From positions 13,078 through 77,077 of the IMG/VR virus record IMGVR_UViG_3300022200_000033: DNA of 64,000 nt; one strand, given 5' to 3'. Position 1 is the first letter of the stretch. Every line of letters starts with the position of its first letter. The notes under the pieces are model-generated. The model did no database searches, was not told where the DNA came from, and was given only the letters and a program-made list of their open reading frames with translations. Below, in pieces: positions 31,149 through 40,904 of this stretch. Position numbers and translations under genes: made by a program. This DNA is from a virus.

Positions 31149-32054
31149 TTAATTAAAAAGAAATGTTGCAACTATTGGATCTATTCCCCCTGTTTCAGAT
31201 ACAGGTTGCCAGGATGGAGTGGTTCCGTCTGTTGTTAGATATTCTCCAGAGTGACCACCTTGATCTGGCAATCCATCGAACAAAGATATTTCATTTTGAA
31301 CAAACTCTGTTGTTGCTATCTGAGTGGTGTTTGCTCCGACTATTGCTGTTGGGGCTAACGGAGTTCCAGTAAATGCTGGAGAATCTGAAAGAGCCGTACT
31401 TCCTGTTCCTGTAGAGGTCGTTACCCCCGTACCACCATTGGCAACAGGAAGAGTTCCAGAAACATGTGTGGTTAACCCCACCTTACCCCAAGTTGGTACA
31501 ACCCCCACTCCACCAGATAACAAAGTGTTTCCTGTAACTACATCAGATAGCTTTGACAGAGTGGTTGATCCAGAAGCATAAACAATATCTCCAATAGTAT
31601 AAGAGGTTATTCCAGTTCCACCCTTGTTTACCGCAATTGTTGTTGCATCCCATGTTCCTGTTGCAATAGTTCCAACACTGGTTAAGCTTGAGGCAACTAC
31701 AGAAGATCCTAGGGTTGTCGAAGTAAGAACTGAGACATTATTTACTTCATAGCCTTTTCCTGTTGCAACATTTACATCTCCAGAAAAATTTGATTGTCCA
31801 GAAGCATTTCCAATGTTTATTGTTGTCGCTGATCCACCAATGTTCAGAGTAGTAGCATTGGTGTTAAATAGATTTGCAGTTATTGCATCTGTTACAAGGC
31901 TTCCTCCGTCAATTGCTAGATTATTTATAAATGCTGGAGTAGTTAGAAAAGAATCAATATTATTAGCAAGAGACTCTATATCCCCCGCAACATTTACTGG
32001 ATCTGTTGATAAGGGATAAGCTAAGGAATAGTTGGCTGTAGATCCGCTGGACAT
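31149..32054 (-). CDS. Tail fibre-like protein
   Basis: T/S/G-rich, 'LPVANGGTG','SPAFTGTPLAPT..TTQIATT' fibre motifs; leaderless start. Confidence 0.7.
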   Translation of the reverse strand: MSSGSTANYSLAYPLSTDPVNVAGDIESLANNIDSFLTTPAFINNLAIDGGSLVTDAITANLFNTNATTLNIGGSATTINIGNASGQSNFSGDVNVATGKGYEVNNVSVLTSTTLGSSVVASSLTSVGTIATGTWDATTIAVNKGGTGITSYTIGDIVYASGSTTLSKLSDVVTGNTLLSGGVGVVPTWGKVGLTTHVSGTLPVANGGTGVTTSTGTGSTALSDSPAFTGTPLAPTAIVGANTTQIATTEFVQNEISLFDGLPDQGGHSGEYLTTDGTTPSWQPVSETGGIDPIVATFLFN

Positions 32055-32086
32055 AGTTTAATTATAGCATTTTAAGTATCTTGTGT

Positions 32087-32254
32087 TTAATCTTCCTTAC
32101 CCCATTTACCTAATGGGCATTCTGTAAAGCTAAGCCTTGCCTTAACCTTCATAAAACACCCACACTCTTTGCAGGTCCATGTTGCTTTAAATAGTGATGG
32201 ACATTCGTTGCAAATTGCCAATCTTTCAAATGCTTTTTCTTTTTCAACAAACAT
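32087..32254 (-). CDS. 55-aa Cys-motif protein (DUF6171-like), not in the ORF track
   Basis: MFVEKEKAFERLAICNECPSLFKATWTCKECGCFMKVKARLSFTECPLGKW; TAATG overlap with the upstream gene. Confidence 0.8.
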   Translation of the reverse strand: MFVEKEKAFERLAICNECPSLFKATWTCKECGCFMKVKARLSFTECPLGKWGKED

Positions 32255-32874
32255 TACATTCCTTCCAAATATTTGTCTAGATCTTCCTCAAAAACCGATT
32301 GATCTTCTGGGTAGCCGTTTACACCACTTGGCATGATTATATCACCATCCTTGATGGCTTCTTCAATGGCCCTTGCCATTACTGCCTCTTTATCTCCCCA
32401 TTTTTCTTCTGGACAGAATGAATCTGCGCTCTTTGTTGACTCTAAAATTAACACATTGTCTACCGTGCATGTCATATTTTTTGAATCAAACAGTGGGCAT
32501 GAAATACAGACAGAAACTCTTTCTTGCCTTTCTTTTCTAGAAACATAGTTTCCTGGACCACAATTATCGCTCCATGGATATTTATCTGAAAAAACTACTT
32601 CTTCCTGAACCCCATCTTTTTTACCATCAACCTGTATCTTTTCTGATATATTATCTTTGTTTACCTTTGTTGCAAAAAACACCCACCTTCCCGCAATAAG
32701 ATCTTCATCTTTAATAAATATGATCATGTCTTGCTCATCCTGCATTAACTTTAGTCCAGTGCAAAAGTCGTAATCTGCTAATAAATTATTTTTATCATCA
32801 AAAACGCATAAAAAAGTTTCACTATTTTTCCACATAGTTTCTACTGTATCTTTGTATATTTCTATAATATTCAC
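32254..32874 (-). CDS. Protein with C-terminal CxxCP..C..CP..KW (DUF6171-like) domain
   Basis: 'ERVSVCISCPLF...MTC...FCPEEKW'. Confidence 0.6.
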   Translation of the reverse strand: MNIIEIYKDTVETMWKNSETFLCVFDDKNNLLADYDFCTGLKLMQDEQDMIIFIKDEDLIAGRWVFFATKVNKDNISEKIQVDGKKDGVQEEVVFSDKYPWSDNCGPGNYVSRKERQERVSVCISCPLFDSKNMTCTVDNVLILESTKSADSFCPEEKWGDKEAVMARAIEEAIKDGDIIMPSGVNGYPEDQSVFEEDLDKYLEGM

Positions 32875-32875
32875 A

Positions 32876-33430
32876 TTAACTCACCTTATACCATTCTGTT
32901 CCGCTATTTGTATATCCTGGCTGATTGACAAGAACGTCACAGTATGTGTCATAAACTGTTCGCGTATATTGAGTACAAACAACCCCATTATAGTAATTCC
33001 AACACATGTATCCTGGACATCCGCACTGACCAAATGATTGAGTTTGACCAGGAGCGCACTGACCTGGACCAGATTTACAACCACCACATCCAGCATCAAG
33101 ATAGCAAGGTTGATCGTAGTAAGTTTCTGTACGAGGAACTTGTCTACAAGAATAGGTGTAAGACTTTCTTTCCATAAAATCTGGGTTTGATGCAGGAGAG
33201 TTTATTGATAACCTTGCTATCACAGAGAATCTAGCGTTTGCGCTACTCAATGTGTATCTTCCGTTAGATGCATTAAGTGTTGCTGTTCCTGATCCACCTA
33301 CAAGTGCTGCCGTATACGTCAATGTAGGATCATAGTTTGATATGCTAAATACACCAGTTGAAACGTAAGCCATAATTGGGTCTGGGGTAAATTTTCCACT
33401 ACCTGCGGCTGCTGCAATAGAGACTAACAT
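32876..33430 (-). CDS. Cys-rich tail-tip/adhesin-like protein
   Basis: Likely start MLVSIAAAAG at 33430 (TAATG overlap); 10 Cys in about 70 aa. Confidence 0.65.
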   Translation of the reverse strand: MLVSIAAAAGSGKFTPDPIMAYVSTGVFSISNYDPTLTYTAALVGGSGTATLNASNGRYTLSSANARFSVIARLSINSPASNPDFMERKSYTYSCRQVPRTETYYDQPCYLDAGCGGCKSGPGQCAPGQTQSFGQCGCPGYMCWNYYNGVVCTQYTRTVYDTYCDVLVNQPGYTNSGTEWYKVS

Positions 33431-34413
33431 TAACTTTGTACCGTGTCTCCAAAAACAAGCCAATCATTAGATCCTGTTTTTAAAATAGTAGCAAAAGAAT
33501 ACTGAGTCCTTGTTTTAATAAAAGATCCTAAGGTGGAGTCAGTTCCATAAACTGATGGAGGATTAACTCCAGTATCTCCCTTAATAGTAATTTGACTTAC
33601 CCCAAGTTGAACAACACAAATGCTTGCTCCTATAGGAAAAAGTTCGAGACTTAAGTTGTTTGGGATTATTATTGTACCTCCGTCTGAAAAAAACAAAACC
33701 TTACTCATATCAGAGCTAAGCAAATAATACTGTCCACTAGTAAATATAGCAGACTTCGTTCCTGTTGTTATTACTGGACTGGTTAACGTCTTGTTTGTTA
33801 AAGTCTCTACTCCAGTAATTGTAGAGGTTTGTATTCCATTAGAAAATACTTTTCCGTCTTTGTCTACCCACGCCATGGCTGTTCCACCAGAGTTTTGCCA
33901 TTCTTGGATATTTGCGGTCTGAGATGTTTGTGCTTTTACAACAATTCCATTATGTGCTGCGTTTCCAGTTACAACATTTAACCCTATTGTGGTTGACTGT
34001 GTTGTTGTTCCTAAAGTTAAATACCCTGCCAGGTTCATGTTTCCAGATGCTCCAACAGATCCAACGTTTACTGAAGATGAGTTTTGCCATTGCTGTAGCG
34101 GGGATGTTTGAGATGCGATAGACCTAATTGTCAGAGGTGTAGTTGTAGTAGATTGTCCAGTGATTACGTTTGGAGTTGCTGTCAATGAAACTTGTTCTAC
34201 ATAGGTAGTTCCTAATCCTGATACTGCTGACTGCAAAGCTGTAATAGCGGTTCCAAAAGTTCTAAAATTACCCTCAATGCTGTCATCTGGAATAGGTTCT
34301 GTTGAGTAGTCATCTACCCCATAATGATAAACCTTTAAAGCTTCAACGATTGTTGCATCGTCTGATAATGTCGGTATACGACTTTTATATTGAAATCCTA
34401 CTGGTTGAGACAT
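33430..34413 (-). CDS. Tail fibre protein
   Basis: Repeated 'SQT..lQ.WQNS' beta units, 'ETLTNKTLT', C-terminal 'FPIG...VQLG..Q...RTQYS.ATI.K....W.V.GD' fibre-tip domain. Confidence 0.75.
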   Translation of the reverse strand: MSQPVGFQYKSRIPTLSDDATIVEALKVYHYGVDDYSTEPIPDDSIEGNFRTFGTAITALQSAVSGLGTTYVEQVSLTATPNVITGQSTTTTPLTIRSIASQTSPLQQWQNSSSVNVGSVGASGNMNLAGYLTLGTTTQSTTIGLNVVTGNAAHNGIVVKAQTSQTANIQEWQNSGGTAMAWVDKDGKVFSNGIQTSTITGVETLTNKTLTSPVITTGTKSAIFTSGQYYLLSSDMSKVLFFSDGGTIIIPNNLSLELFPIGASICVVQLGVSQITIKGDTGVNPPSVYGTDSTLGSFIKTRTQYSFATILKTGSNDWLVFGDTVQS

Positions 34414-34430
34414 ATAATCACCTACTAGAA

Positions 34431-35021
34431 TTATACCACTGTGATAAGGGTAGCAATATCAATTGCCTCTGAGTCTAATGCTATCCAACTACCGCCAGAA
34501 TATTTAATTCCTTCAATATTTATTAGTAGGTTTGATCCTGAAATGGTTTGAGAGTTTATTGTCAAAACAATTGGATCTGATCCTATTGGAGTTAAATTAA
34601 CTACATAAGAGTATGGACCAGAAACCACTACCCCTGGGGGAACGATATCTGATGTCGGTATACTCATTGTTGCTACCCCTGCTGTAAAAATTTCTTCAAC
34701 ATTTCTGTTATATATTGGAGGAGATAATCTAAGTACTTGATCCCAGCTGTCTCCCGATACCTTTGGATTATAAATATAAAGCCATCCGTAGTTTGCTCCT
34801 GCGGCTGTATTTATGTACATATCCCCGTCAACAGGAACAACAGCATCTCCAAATACGTTTTCTGATACCGTAATATCATTTGGATTTCCAGAACCTGCAT
34901 AAAATGTTGCTCCTCTTTGACCCTGTGGACCAAAGTCAACTCCAACATCAATTACTGATGGTGGTGCAAAAACAACTATGTCGTCAGAGTTAACGACAAC
35001 ATCAAAAACGTTTATTGTCAT
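34431..35021 (-). CDS. Fibre-associated structural protein
   Basis: 'GPQGQRG..YAGSGNP','GDMYIN' motifs. Confidence 0.55.
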   Translation of the reverse strand: MTINVFDVVVNSDDIVVFAPPSVIDVGVDFGPQGQRGATFYAGSGNPNDITVSENVFGDAVVPVDGDMYINTAAGANYGWLYIYNPKVSGDSWDQVLRLSPPIYNRNVEEIFTAGVATMSIPTSDIVPPGVVVSGPYSYVVNLTPIGSDPIVLTINSQTISGSNLLINIEGIKYSGGSWIALDSEAIDIATLITVV

Positions 35022-35371
35022 GGTGTAGTGATATCTCCTGTAACGGATATGGTACCTGTTAAAAGTGTGTACACTATATTAGCATTTTCTTTATCCTGAA
35101 TAGAAACATCATAGTAATAAGTTGTTCCTGGAGTTAAAGAGTTTCCAACGTCTGGTCTTATTTCGCAGGTAACTGAGTTATCTCCAATTGCCGTGCTTCC
35201 TTCTTGAGTGCTACCAGATGCACCGTTTCTAGAAGTTGAAATTCTAAAATAAGCATCGTAAGTTATGCTATCTACTGGATAGAGATCTCCCGCAGTAGTT
35301 TTTGGACGGATTACAAATTGATAAAGGTCACCTTTGTAATATCTAATATTATAATTTCCAGGAAAACTCAT
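35018..35371 (-). CDS. BppU-like upper baseplate/adaptor domain protein
   Basis: 'YKGD...YYYDVSI....YTLLTGTISV..DIT'; leaderless start. Confidence 0.6.
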   Translation of the reverse strand: MSFPGNYNIRYYKGDLYQFVIRPKTTAGDLYPVDSITYDAYFRISTSRNGASGSTQEGSTAIGDNSVTCEIRPDVGNSLTPGTTYYYDVSIQDKENANIVYTLLTGTISVTGDITTP

Positions 35372-35389
35372 ATTTAAATTATACCATCA

Positions 35390-35773
35390 CTACCATTGAA
35401 CATCGTCTCCTATTGATGCAAATACGGGCTCTTCTACTCTCATGCCATTTATATTTAATGATATCTCAGAAGCCCTTGTTTCTGTGGACTTCTTCTTATT
35501 ACCTTGTTGATCAAGCCAAGAAACTTCTTTAATTGTGCCTTGAACAGTAATAGGGTCTCCCTTGGAAAGATGAGCGATAGCTTTCTTGGCAAGATTATCC
35601 CATGCCACCACCGTCCAACCAGACGTATCACGATCTTCCCAATCGCCGTGGTCATTTTTACGGCGGTCTGAGGTAATAATACGAAACTTTATTTTTTGTG
35701 TTCCATCAGACATTGTTCTTGCTTCAATATCTGTACCAATTCTTCCTGATAATACAATATTTGGATTTGACAT
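35390..35773 (-). CDS. ssb: Single-stranded DNA-binding protein
   Basis: OB fold 'VVAWDNLA....HLSKGDPITVQG', acidic tail DDVQW. Confidence 0.9.
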   Translation of the reverse strand: MSNPNIVLSGRIGTDIEARTMSDGTQKIKFRIITSDRRKNDHGDWEDRDTSGWTVVAWDNLAKKAIAHLSKGDPITVQGTIKEVSWLDQQGNKKKSTETRASEISLNINGMRVEEPVFASIGDDVQW

Positions 35774-35806
35774 TTTTTTCCTATCTACTAAAGGGTTTAT
35801 AAAATA

Positions 35807-36745
35807 TTACACTAAAGAGCTGTCAAAGTCAAGCCATTGCTGAACAATTCTACCTTTGCTTCTATATTCAACAATATCCTGAATCTGCTCAGATGGATCA
35901 AACTCTTTATTCTTGATTATGTTGATAGCATTTCTTAGATTGTCTGCGTAGTCTTTTACTACCTCATCCATTGATTGTTTAGAAATAAAATCAACCATCA
36001 TTCCATACCCGCGAGATGTTTCTGGCAATGCTCCAACATTGCTATAGACACAAAGGTTTCCAGACGCTAGTGCCTCTGCCTGAACAAGGCAACTTGTCTC
36101 TTCAAAGATTGAGGGGTAGGCATGAATCTGAGAGTCTGCAAATGCCTTCATTACTGTATTTCGTGGTGTCTTACCATAAAAAGTAATTCTTTCATCTTCT
36201 AGCAACTTCTGTAGTGCCTCATTATCTGGATGTTGTTCGGGGTAGAAGTCATTGTAAATGTCTAGTTGAAAATCTTCATCAATCTGTAGTGTTGCCTGTA
36301 GAAGAACTTCTAGACCTCGTACCGCCTGAGATGCATGAATAATTTTTACCTTATCAACATTGTCAAACTTAGACTCATTATACTCAGTGCCATAAAGTGG
36401 GTACTCAATAACATGAACCACATCTGGATCTACATTAAGTTGTAGAACAGTTTGCTTCTTATGAAATTCAGACAGTACGATAAAATGGTCAACAGTGTCA
36501 AGGAAATCCTGACGCTTCAATACATTCATACCCTTGTCATCAATCTGATCTGGCGTAAGATGAAGCCAGATAATGTTACGCTGTCCATCAAACAGTTCTT
36601 CTAGGTTCTGTGGTGCTCCTGGTACAGAGATACAACGATAGTCTGTAATATTATTTACTTGTGGTAATACATTTTTATGAAACCATTTGAGTGCTACTTC
36701 TGTACCGCCCAAATTATTGTTATCCCATGGGAATACGCTTTCCAT
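35807..36745 (-). CDS. GT-B (GT4/family 1-like) glycosyltransferase
   Basis: 'GGTE','RGL','AYPSIFEETSCLVQAEALASG...GALPET' (EX7E). Confidence 0.88.
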   Translation of the reverse strand: MESVFPWDNNNLGGTEVALKWFHKNVLPQVNNITDYRCISVPGAPQNLEELFDGQRNIIWLHLTPDQIDDKGMNVLKRQDFLDTVDHFIVLSEFHKKQTVLQLNVDPDVVHVIEYPLYGTEYNESKFDNVDKVKIIHASQAVRGLEVLLQATLQIDEDFQLDIYNDFYPEQHPDNEALQKLLEDERITFYGKTPRNTVMKAFADSQIHAYPSIFEETSCLVQAEALASGNLCVYSNVGALPETSRGYGMMVDFISKQSMDEVVKDYADNLRNAINIIKNKEFDPSEQIQDIVEYRSKGRIVQQWLDFDSSLV

Positions 36746-37557
36746 TACACACCTTTCCAAAACTCTAGTCCTGAATATTTCTTAATTATTGATGGTGAAA
36801 ATATGTCTTCTAGAACATAGTTTTCTCTTTGTATTATCTTCTTTACTTTGTGATGATCTTTTACTCCCCAATGATCTGTGTAAGTGTGGGGAGTAGAAAG
36901 ATTAGACAAGTCTACTTGATAATGAGGAATTCCAAGGAAATCATATACCTTATCTACCGTTTCTTCTGTATTAGTAGTTAAGTCATCATAGTCAACAAGC
37001 ATTATATTGTCTTTAAATTGTGGATGCAAAACCCTCTTCATATTCTCAATACCAATACGAATACCATTTTCATCCCCGCCCATAGTCATAAAGTAATCTG
37101 CTCTTTTATCTGCCATAGGTCTCTTTGTCTTATCGACCTTGTTGATTTCTGGATCATAGCTATTCTTTGGATCGTTTTCGCAAAGACGATTCCATGATGC
37201 TAAAATTCCCATGACATTACGAACAGGGCAAATTACCCTTAGAGGATTTTTAAGATGGTTTTCAAGAATTACATATGGATGTGCATCTAACCACGAAAAG
37301 TTCTTGTCAATAATATATGTTTCCTTATGCCCTCCATAAAAGGTAGGAATGATTATTTCCATCACACGATAGATACTGTCCCATTGATCTGAGTCCTTAT
37401 TCTCTTTACTCTGATATTGGTTATAGGTAGCGCCCAAGGTGTTAGGGAGGACTGACTGTGGAGAAACATAAATATCTGGATTCTGACTAAGAATAGAAGA
37501 TAACATTGTACCTCCCGAGCGTGGCAATCCTGCCATAAAATAAAACTTTTTATCCAT
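36745..37557 (-). CDS. PAPS-dependent sulfotransferase family protein
   Basis: 'FMAGLPRSGGTMLSSILSQNP' 5'-PSB loop, 'DKN','CPVRN....ILAS','VDYDDL...V..FLG'; start 37557 after GATAGGA. Confidence 0.85.
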   Translation of the reverse strand: MDKKFYFMAGLPRSGGTMLSSILSQNPDIYVSPQSVLPNTLGATYNQYQSKENKDSDQWDSIYRVMEIIIPTFYGGHKETYIIDKNFSWLDAHPYVILENHLKNPLRVICPVRNVMGILASWNRLCENDPKNSYDPEINKVDKTKRPMADKRADYFMTMGGDENGIRIGIENMKRVLHPQFKDNIMLVDYDDLTTNTEETVDKVYDFLGIPHYQVDLSNLSTPHTYTDHWGVKDHHKVKKIIQRENYVLEDIFSPSIIKKYSGLEFWKGV

Positions 37558-37578
37558 TATTTTCCTATCTGTTTTGCC

Positions 37579-37610
37579 CAATAATATCATAAAGGCTAGG
37601 ACAAGTCAAG
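37579..37610 (-). promoter_or_regulatory. SigA-type promoter for the sulfotransferase
   Basis: TTGACT-N17-TATTAT on the minus strand. Confidence 0.55.
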
Positions 37611-37642
37611 CCCTAGCCAATATGATTTATATAAAAATATTA

Positions 37643-37942
37643 CTATGCTGGTGGAAGCTCACCACTCCTTCGTGCTTCCATCTCAGCCTCCATAGCCTCA
37701 ATCTCCTCTGGAGTTGGCTTTGGAGTTCTCTCCTCACCACGGCCCCCTGGAGCAAATGGAGCATCTTCAACCTCAATGGACTCAATGAACATCTCAGCCC
37801 ATGCAGCAGCCTCCTCAGCAGAATCCCATGGGGTTCCATTTGGGTAGTAGGGCTGGAATAATCCAGCAACATCTGCACCATCATAATATACTCTTACTGC
37901 AAAACCCTCTTCTGGTCCTGCAACCTCGTATCTATTTGCCAT
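37643..37942 (-). CDS. Small acidic protein (fibre-associated family)
   Basis: 'QPYYPNGTPWDSAEEAAAWAE'; GGAGGTG RBS. Confidence 0.65.
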   Translation of the reverse strand: MANRYEVAGPEEGFAVRVYYDGADVAGLFQPYYPNGTPWDSAEEAAAWAEMFIESIEVEDAPFAPGGRGEERTPKPTPEEIEAMEAEMEARRSGELPPA

Positions 37943-37969
37943 ACTTTTCACCTCCTATAGATGTATATT

Positions 37970-38629
37970 CTACCATGAAATGGGTACTTTCTTCATATGC
38001 TTAACAAGGACGGTAGGGTCAAACATAATATCTATACCCGCCTTATATGCATTAATACACCAAGAGATATCTTCTCCTAGTGAATCTTGTATTGTTGTGC
38101 CGTCCATCTTTTGCACATCTTGCAAATAATGCTTAAACCAAGGGCGTTCTAGTCTTTCAAATACTCCAGACTTCATAGCAACAAATCCAAAACCAATGCT
38201 TTGTACCTTGGTTATTTCTGACATTTGCATAATTTCATGCTTTGGTATTCCGCCTGGATTTCCCCATGCATGAACAGATGTAGTAATTCCATCAGCAAGC
38301 AAATATGCACCTGTTGTTACATCATAGTCAGAGTCATATATCTTAAAGAATTGCCAAGGCTCCCATGAAATATCAGAGTCAATCCAAAATATCTTATTGT
38401 ATGTTACTTTATCTCCCATTGGACCTTTGTGGTCTGGATTTAATTCCATACCCTCGCCACCACTGCACGTTAATTCACGGGCATGATGAACAAGTGATCC
38501 ATAGGCATTGATAAACTTATATGTCAAACCTCTTTTATCACATTCTGCGAGGGTATTGACAAGACTTTTTACATATTGTGCTTCCATCATAGCCCCAGGA
38601 GTTGCTATGAGAATATCATAATGTTGCAT
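37970..38629 (-). CDS. GT-A (GT2-like) glycosyltransferase
   Basis: 'IATP','FWIDSDI','GFGFVAMK..VFE','GEDISWC....G..I..DP....H'. Confidence 0.85.
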   Translation of the reverse strand: MQHYDILIATPGAMMEAQYVKSLVNTLAECDKRGLTYKFINAYGSLVHHARELTCSGGEGMELNPDHKGPMGDKVTYNKIFWIDSDISWEPWQFFKIYDSDYDVTTGAYLLADGITTSVHAWGNPGGIPKHEIMQMSEITKVQSIGFGFVAMKSGVFERLERPWFKHYLQDVQKMDGTTIQDSLGEDISWCINAYKAGIDIMFDPTVLVKHMKKVPISW

Positions 38630-38700
38630 TATTTTCCTATCTGTTGTATGTATTATATAGGACAAATCTTATTACAAGGATATCAACTTTTATACAATGA

Positions 38701-39711
38701 TCAAAGTAGTCCTGAGATTCGTGATATTTGTTCGGCAACATCTCTTTCTCTTGTCACTAATGGAGTATCGTAGGCGATGGAGATCCAGCTCTTCTGCGAT
38801 AGCAGCGACCTTCCTGTCCATGTAATGCCATCGGTGGAGGAGGCGGCAGTGGATGAGTTATATGCCACAGCAACAAACGTGCCATTGCCATAGGCGACGG
38901 AGCGCCAAGAAATACCTATTGGCATTGCCGCAAGGGTCCATGTAATGCCATCGGTGGAGGAGGTGGCTGCGGTTGTGAAAGATGCCACAGCAACAAACTT
39001 GCCATTGCCATAAGTGATGGATCTCCACTGCGCATACGCTGGCAGTTCCACAGAGGTCCATGTAATGCCATTGGTGGAGGTGGCTGCGGTTGTGTTGTTA
39101 TGTATCACAGCAACAAACTTGCCATTGCCATAAGCGACGGAGCGGTATCTACCAGTCAATGGCATTGTCCTTTGTGTCCATGTAATGCCATTGGTGGAGG
39201 TGGCGACTTGGATGGCGGCTGTGTTATATGCCACAGCAACAAACGTGCCATTGCCATAAGTGACGTCTTCCCAGTTAGCGTTAGCATTGGGCAAAGTACC
39301 TTGTATCCATGTAATGCCATCGGTGGAGGCGGCGGCTACTTGGGAGCTTCTTGCCACAGCAACAAACGTGCCATTGCCATGGGTGACTGCGTCCCAACCA
39401 GCAGCCACAGGAAGTGTTCTTTGTATCCATGTAATGCCATCGGTGGAGGAGGCGGCTACTTGGGCACTAGATCCAGAAAGGTAGTCTGACACGGCAACAA
39501 AGGCACCATTGCCATCATGGGTGATGTCGCGCCAGAACGCAGACACAGGCATTGTCCTAGCGGTCCAAGTAATTCCATCGGTTGAGTATGCGGCTTCTTG
39601 GGAATTAATTGCCACAGCTAAGTATGTTGCTTCATTTATTTCTATATCTGTAGTTATATTATTAGCCGATAAACTATAAAACTTGTCAAACTTTGTTCTC
39701 TCAATACCCAT
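38701..39711 (-). CDS. 7-bladed Asp-box (BNR) beta-propeller adhesin 3
   Basis: Seven SxDGxTW repeats alternating with YGNGxFVAV. Confidence 0.85.
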   Translation of the reverse strand: MGIERTKFDKFYSLSANNITTDIEINEATYLAVAINSQEAAYSTDGITWTARTMPVSAFWRDITHDGNGAFVAVSDYLSGSSAQVAASSTDGITWIQRTLPVAAGWDAVTHGNGTFVAVARSSQVAAASTDGITWIQGTLPNANANWEDVTYGNGTFVAVAYNTAAIQVATSTNGITWTQRTMPLTGRYRSVAYGNGKFVAVIHNNTTAATSTNGITWTSVELPAYAQWRSITYGNGKFVAVASFTTAATSSTDGITWTLAAMPIGISWRSVAYGNGTFVAVAYNSSTAASSTDGITWTGRSLLSQKSWISIAYDTPLVTRERDVAEQISRISGLL

Positions 39712-40680
39712 TAAATTTCTCCTCCAAAGGCATGGAATGTAGATGCTCCATTAGTTGATTTAATTCTAAGTGTGTTATTTTCTTCCATTGTGTACCCGCC
39801 TTTAATCGTAATTGTTTCGTTTCCAAGAATGTCGTGGGACTTGAATAAGTAGTCCTCTGATGGAATTGCTGGGGATATATCTGGATTACCTATACTGACG
39901 GTAGTCCACTTATTACTCATAGAAATTGTCCCTTGTGTCCATGTAATGGCATCGGTGGAGGAGGCGTAGTATTGGGTGTTATATCCCACAGCAACAAACA
40001 TGCCATTGCCATAAGTGACGGCATTCCAACTACCACCAGGAGGAAGTGTTCTTTGTATCCACGTTACACCATCAGTGGAGGTTTGGGCTGTTGTGTAAGC
40101 GTTATATGACATGGCAACAAAGGTGCCATTGCCAAAAGTCATGCGTACCGTTCCGGCATTAACGGGATAGGTTGCCATTGTCCATGTAATGCCATCGGTG
40201 GAGGTGGCCGCTGCTTGGGAGTTTTTTGCCACAGTAACAAACGTGCCATTGCCATAGGCGACAGTCGTCCAATTCCGTGACTGTGGCGTTGAACTTCCTG
40301 TCCATGTAACACCATCAGTGGAAGATGCGACGGTGCCGTACGTCACGGACACAGCAACAAACGTGCCATTACCATAAGTGACGGCTTCCCACGGACGACT
40401 TATTGGCATTGTCCCTTGTGTCCATGTAATGCCATCGGTGGTGGTGGCGGAGTATTGGGAGTTGTATGCCGCAGAAACAAATATGCCATTGCCATGGGTG
40501 ATGCTGCGCCAAATTGCACTCACTGGCATCTGCCCTTGTATCCATGTAATGCCATCGGTGGAGGTGGTGGATACTTGGGAGCCGTATGCCACAGCAACAA
40601 AGGTGTCGTTGCCATAAGTGGAGGCGTACCAATAGTTACTCAAAGGCAAGGTTTTTGTCGTCCACACTATGTTATCGGTG
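38820..40680. repeat. Near-identical ~120-bp blade repeats shared by two adjacent propeller genes
   Basis: TCCATGTAATGCCATCGGTGGAGG and CCACAGCAACAAACGTGCCATTGCCATA recur many times. Confidence 0.9.
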
Positions 40681-40904
40681 GAAAAAGAGTACTGTGTGCT
40701 GTTACGCGCAAGGACAACATATGTAGGAGTAGCAACAGGAACAAAAGCACTATCATTAATAGCAATATCAAATGTGTCTGCTGTTGAAGATGTGTTGGTT
40801 ACATTGATTGCCCTGACTACCGTGGCAGAACCAGAGGGTACAGAATAAAGATTCTCTTCATTTCCATCATTAGCACTCTGTCCTAATATCTTATATTCTG
40901 TCAT
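39711..40904 (-). CDS. 7-bladed Asp-box beta-propeller adhesin 2
   Basis: Seven SxDGxTW repeats inside a YKILGQ...FGGEI scaffold. Confidence 0.85.
   Translation of the reverse strand: MTEYKILGQSANDGNEENLYSVPSGSATVVRAINVTNTSSTADTFDIAINDSAFVPVATPTYVVLARNSTQYSFSTDNIVWTTKTLPLSNYWYASTYGNDTFVAVAYGSQVSTTSTDGITWIQGQMPVSAIWRSITHGNGIFVSAAYNSQYSATTTDGITWTQGTMPISRPWEAVTYGNGTFVAVSVTYGTVASSTDGVTWTGSSTPQSRNWTTVAYGNGTFVTVAKNSQAAATSTDGITWTMATYPVNAGTVRMTFGNGTFVAMSYNAYTTAQTSTDGVTWIQRTLPPGGSWNAVTYGNGMFVAVGYNTQYYASSTDAITWTQGTISMSNKWTTVSIGNPDISPAIPSEDYLFKSHDILGNETITIKGGYTMEENNTLRIKSTNGASTFHAFGGEI

Noticed and set aside
38820-40680. CRISPR array or DGR template/variable repeats
   Set aside because: Repeats are in-frame propeller blades; differences are not adenine-specific; no cas or reverse transcriptase in the window
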